Part shown: piece by piece, positions 59,801 through 64,000 of the stretch
How positions within the stretch are numbered: position 1 is the stretch's first letter
Layout of the letters: every line of letters begins with the position of its first letter
From: Macrostomum lignano
Taxonomy: Eukaryota
Reading direction: 5' to 3'
NCBI GenBank assembly: GCA_002269645.1
Contig: NIVC01002352.1
Location: 117,747 to 181,746 of the forward strand
Length of the DNA: 64,000 nucleotides
Translations under genes and position numbers: made by a program
The notes under the pieces: generated by a model
The model's input: only the letters and a program-made list of their open reading frames with translations
What the model was told of the DNA's origin: nothing
Database searches by the model: none

Positions 59801-62800
59801 CCTGTCTCCCCCGATCCTTAATAGATGCTACCCGTCTCCCCGATCCTTAATAGATGCTACCTGTCTCCCCCGATCTTAATAGATGCTACCCGTCTCCCCC
59901 GATCCTTAATAGATGCTACCTGTCTCCCCCGATCCTTAATAGATGCTACCTGTCTCCCCCGATCCTTAATAGATGCTACCCGTCTCCCCGATCCTTAATA
60001 GATGCTACCCGTCTCCCTGATCCTTAATAGATGCTACCGTCTCCCCGATCCTTAATAGATGCTACCTGTCTCCCCCGATCCTTAATAGATGCTACCTCTC
60101 TCCCCGATCCTTAATAGATGCTACCTGTCTCCCCCGATCCTTAATAGATGCTACCGTCTCCCCCGATCCTTAATAGATGCTACCTGTCTCCCCCGATCCT
60201 TAATAGATGCTACCTGTCTCCCCCGATCCTTAATAGATGCTACCTGTCTCCCCCGATCCTTAATAGATGCTACCTGTCTCCCCCGATCCTTAATATAGAT
60301 GCTACCTGTCTCCCCCGATCCTTAATATAGATGCTACCTGTCTCCCCCGATCCTTAATAGATGCTACCTGTCTCCCCGATCCTTAATAGATGCTACCTGT
60401 CTCCCCATCCTTAATAGATGCTACCTGTCTCCCCCGATCCTTAATAGATGCTACCTGCTCCCCGATCCTTAATAGATGCTACCTGTCTCCCCCGATCCTT
60501 AATATAGATGCTACCTGTCTCCCCCGATCTTAAAGATATATGCTACCGTCTCCCCCGATCCTTAATAGATGCTACCTGTCTCCCCGATCCTTAATAGATG
60601 CTACCTGTCTCCCCCGATCCTTAATAGATGCTACCGTCTCCCCGATCCTTAATAGATGCTACCCTGTCTCCCCGATCCTTAATAGATGCTACCTGTCTCC
60701 CCCGATCCTTAATGAGATGCTACCTGTCTCCCCGATCCTTAATAGATGCTACCTGTCTCCCCCGATCCTTAATAGATGCTACTGTTCCCCCGATCCTTAA
60801 TAGATGCTACCGTCTCCCCGATCCTTAATAGATGCTACCTGTCTCCCCCGATCCTTAATAGATGCTACCCGTCTCCCCCGATCCTTAATAGATGCTACCC
60901 GTCTCCCCCGATCCTTAATAGATGCTACCGTCTCCCCGATCCTTAATAGATGCTACCCGTCTCCCCCGATCCTTAATAGATGCTACCTGTCTCCCCGATC
61001 CTTAATAGATGCTACCCGTCTCCCCCGATCCTTAATAGATGCTACCTGTCTCCCCGATCCTTAATAGATGCTACCTGTCTCCCCGATCCTTAATAGATGC
61101 TACCTGTCTCCCCCGATCCTTAATAGATGCTACCCGTCTCCCCCGATCCTTAATAGATGCTACTGTCTCCCCCGATCCTTAATAGATGCTACCTGTCTCC
61201 CCCGATCCTTAATAGATGCTACCCGTCTCCCCCGATCCTTAATAGATGCTACCCCTGTCTCCCCGATCCTTAATAGATGCTACCTGTCTCCCCCGATCCT
61301 TCAGTGACATGCTACCTGTCTCCCCCGATCCTTAATAGATGCTACCTGTCTCCCCGATCCTTAATAGATGCTACCTGTCTCCCCCGATCTTAATAGATGC
61401 TACCCGTCTCCCCCGATCCTTAATAGATGCTACCTGTCTCCCCGATCCTTAATAGATGCTACCCGTCTCCCCGATCCTTAATAGATGCTACCTGTCTCCC
61501 CGATCCTTAATAGATGCTACCTGTCTCCCCGATCCTTAATAGATGCTACCTGTCTCCCGATCCTTAATAGATGCTACCTGTCTCCCATCCTTAATAGATG
61601 CTACCCGTCTCCCCCGATCCTTAATAGATGCTACCTGTCTCCCCCGATCCTTAATAGATGCTACCGTCTCCCCGATCCTTAATAGATGCTACCTGTCTCC
61701 CGATCCTTAATAGATGCTACCCGTCTCCCGATCCTTAATAGATGCTACCTGTCTCCCCGATCCTTAATAGATGCTACCGTCTCCCCCGATCCTTAATAGA
61801 TGCTACCTGTCTCCCCGATCCTTAATAGATGCTACCTGTCTCCCCCGATTCTTAATAGATGCTACCCGTCTCCCCCGATCCTTAATAGATGCTACCTGTC
61901 TCCCCGATCCTTAATAGATGCTACCTGTCTCCCCCGATCCTTAATAGATGCTACCTGTCTCCCCCGATCCTTAATAGATGCTACCTGTCTCCCCCGATCC
62001 TTAATATAGATGCTACCTGTCTCCCCCGATCCTTAATATAGATGCTACCTGTCTCCCCGATCCTTAATAGATGCTACCGTCTCCCCCGATTTAATAGATG
62101 CTACTGTCTCCCCGATCCTTAATAGATGCTACCTGTCTCCCCCGATCCTTAATAGATGCTACCTGTCTCCCCGATCCTTAATAGATGCTACCCGTCTCCC
62201 CCGATCCTTAATAGATGCTACCTGTCTCCCCCGATCCTTAATAGATGCTACTGTCTCCCCGATCCTTAATAGATGCTACCTGTCTCCCCGATCCTTAATA
62301 GATGCTACCCGTCTCCCCCGATCCTTAATAGATGCTACTGTCTCCCCCGATCCTTAATAGATGCTACCTGTCTCCCCCGATCCTTAATAGATGCTACCCG
62401 TCTCCCCCGATCCTTAATAGATGCTACCTGTCTCCCCGATCTTAATAGATGCTACCGTCTCCCCCATCCTTAATATGCTACCTGTCTCCCCGATCTTAAT
62501 AGATGCTACCTGTCTCCCCGATTCTTAATAGATGCTACCCGTCTCCCCCATCCTTAATATGCTACCTGTCTCCCCCGATCCTTAATAGATGCTACCTGTC
62601 TCCCCGATCCTTAATAGATGCTACCTGTCTCCCCGATCCTTAATAGATGCTACCTGTCTCCCCCGATCCTTAATAGATGCTACCTGTCTCCCCCGATCCT
62701 TAAATAGATGCTACCTGTCTCCCCGATTTTAATAGATGCTACCCGTTCCCCCGATCCTTAAGATGCTACCTGTCTCCCCGATCCTTAATAGATGCTACCT

Positions 62801-64000
62801 GTCTCCCCCGATCTTAATGATGCTACCGTCTCCCCCGATCCTTAATAGATGCTACCCTGTCTCCCCGATCCTTAATAGATGCTACCTGTCTCCCCGATCC
62901 TTAATAGCATCGTACCTTCTCCCCCGATCCTTAATAGATGCTACTGTCTCCCCGATCCTAATAGATGCTAACTGTCTCCCCCGATCTTAATAGATGCTAC
63001 CCGTCTCCCCCGATCCTTAATAGATGCTACGTGTCTCCCCGATCCTTAATAGATGCTACCTGTCTCCCCGATCCTTAATAGATGCTACCGTCTCCCCCGA
63101 TCCTTAATAGATGCTACCGCGTCTCCCCCGATCCTTAATAGATGCTACCGTCTCCCCCGATCCTTAATAGATGCTACTGTCTCCCCGATCCTTAATAGAT
63201 GCTACCCGTCCCCCGATCCTTAATAGATGCTACCGTGTCTCCCCCGATCCTTAATAGATGCTACCTGTCTCCCCGATCCTTAATAGATGCTACCTCTCCC
63301 CGATCCTTAATAGATGCACCCGTCTCCCCCGATCCTTAATAGATGCTACCTGTTCCCCGATCCTTAATAGATGCTACCTGTCTCCCCGATCCTTAATAAT
63401 GCTACCCGTCTCCCCGATCCTTAATAGATGCTACCTGTCTCCCGATCCTTAATAGATGCTACCTGTCTCCCCGATCCTTCAATGAGCCATCGTACCTTGT
63501 CTCCCCCGATCTTAATAGATGCTACTGTCTCCCCCGATCCTTAATAGATGCTACTGTTCTCCCCCGATCCTTAATAGATGCTACCTTCCCCCCCGATCTT
63601 AATAGATGCTACTGTCTCCCCCATCCTTAATAGATGCTACCTGTCTCCCCTGATCCTTAATAGATGCTACGCCCGTTCCCCCGATCCTTAATAGATGCTA
63701 CCGTCTCCCCCCGATCTTAATAGATGCTATTCGTCTCCCCCGATCCTTAATAGATGCTACCTGTCTCCCCCGATCCTTAATAATGCTACCTGTCTCCCTC
63801 CCTTAATAGATGCTCTACCTGTCTCCCCCGATCCTTAATAGAATGCTACCCCGTCTCCCCCGATCCTTAATAGATGCTACCTGTCTCCCGATCCTTATAT
63901 GCTACCCGTCTCCCGATCCTTAATAGATGCTACTGTCTCCCCCGATCCTTAATAGATGCTACCGTCTCCCCGATCCTTAATAGATGCTACCTGTCTCTCC
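53815..64000. repeat. 30-bp satellite array (gatgctacctgtctcccccgatccttaata), >10 kb, runs off the window end
   Basis: Over 300 tandem units with 32-bp (+AT) variants and rare marker units. Confidence 0.99.

Noticed and set aside
54515-63452. Many RCYLSPPILN / DATCLPRSLI ORFs
   Set aside because: Translations of the 30-bp satellite.
57600-64000. Apparent gradient of satellite divergence toward the window end
   Set aside because: Changes are mostly homopolymer-length shifts and single-base dropouts, typical of under-polished long-read consensus, so they are not treated as biology.

Overview
Animal nuclear DNA, not prokaryotic: GT-AG spliced genes, SINEs, MITEs and many micro/minisatellites. 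GC-rich exons with repeat-swollen introns resemble the flatworm Macrostomum lignano, but that is inference from style only. Genes built by hand from splice sites and reading-frame phase: a calpain-like pseudo-protease (-, 3625-10006) head-to-head with a class A peptide-type GPCR (+, 10005-12514); Cdc42 (-); mitochondrial dicarboxylate carrier SLC25A10 (-); a compact PCIF1/CAPAM-like cap-adenosine N6-methyltransferase with no WW domain (-); a B-box/coiled-coil/BEN-domain gene with duplicated intron-exon cassettes (+); a 72-aa membrane microprotein (-); a CD225/dispanin-like gene (-); and a large VWDE-like EGF surface protein (-). Between them are two tRNA-derived SINE families, several TIR elements with readable target-site duplications (one three-level nest), a Merlin/ISXO2 transposase relic and about 20 tandem arrays, ending in a >10 kb 30-bp satellite. 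Most notable: the WW-less PCIF1-like enzyme, intronic minisatellites that copy an exon/intron junction, overlapping start codons of the GPCR/calpain pair, a satellite expanding inside a MITE, and the BEN-domain gene. All family assignments come from remembered motifs; no database search was run.
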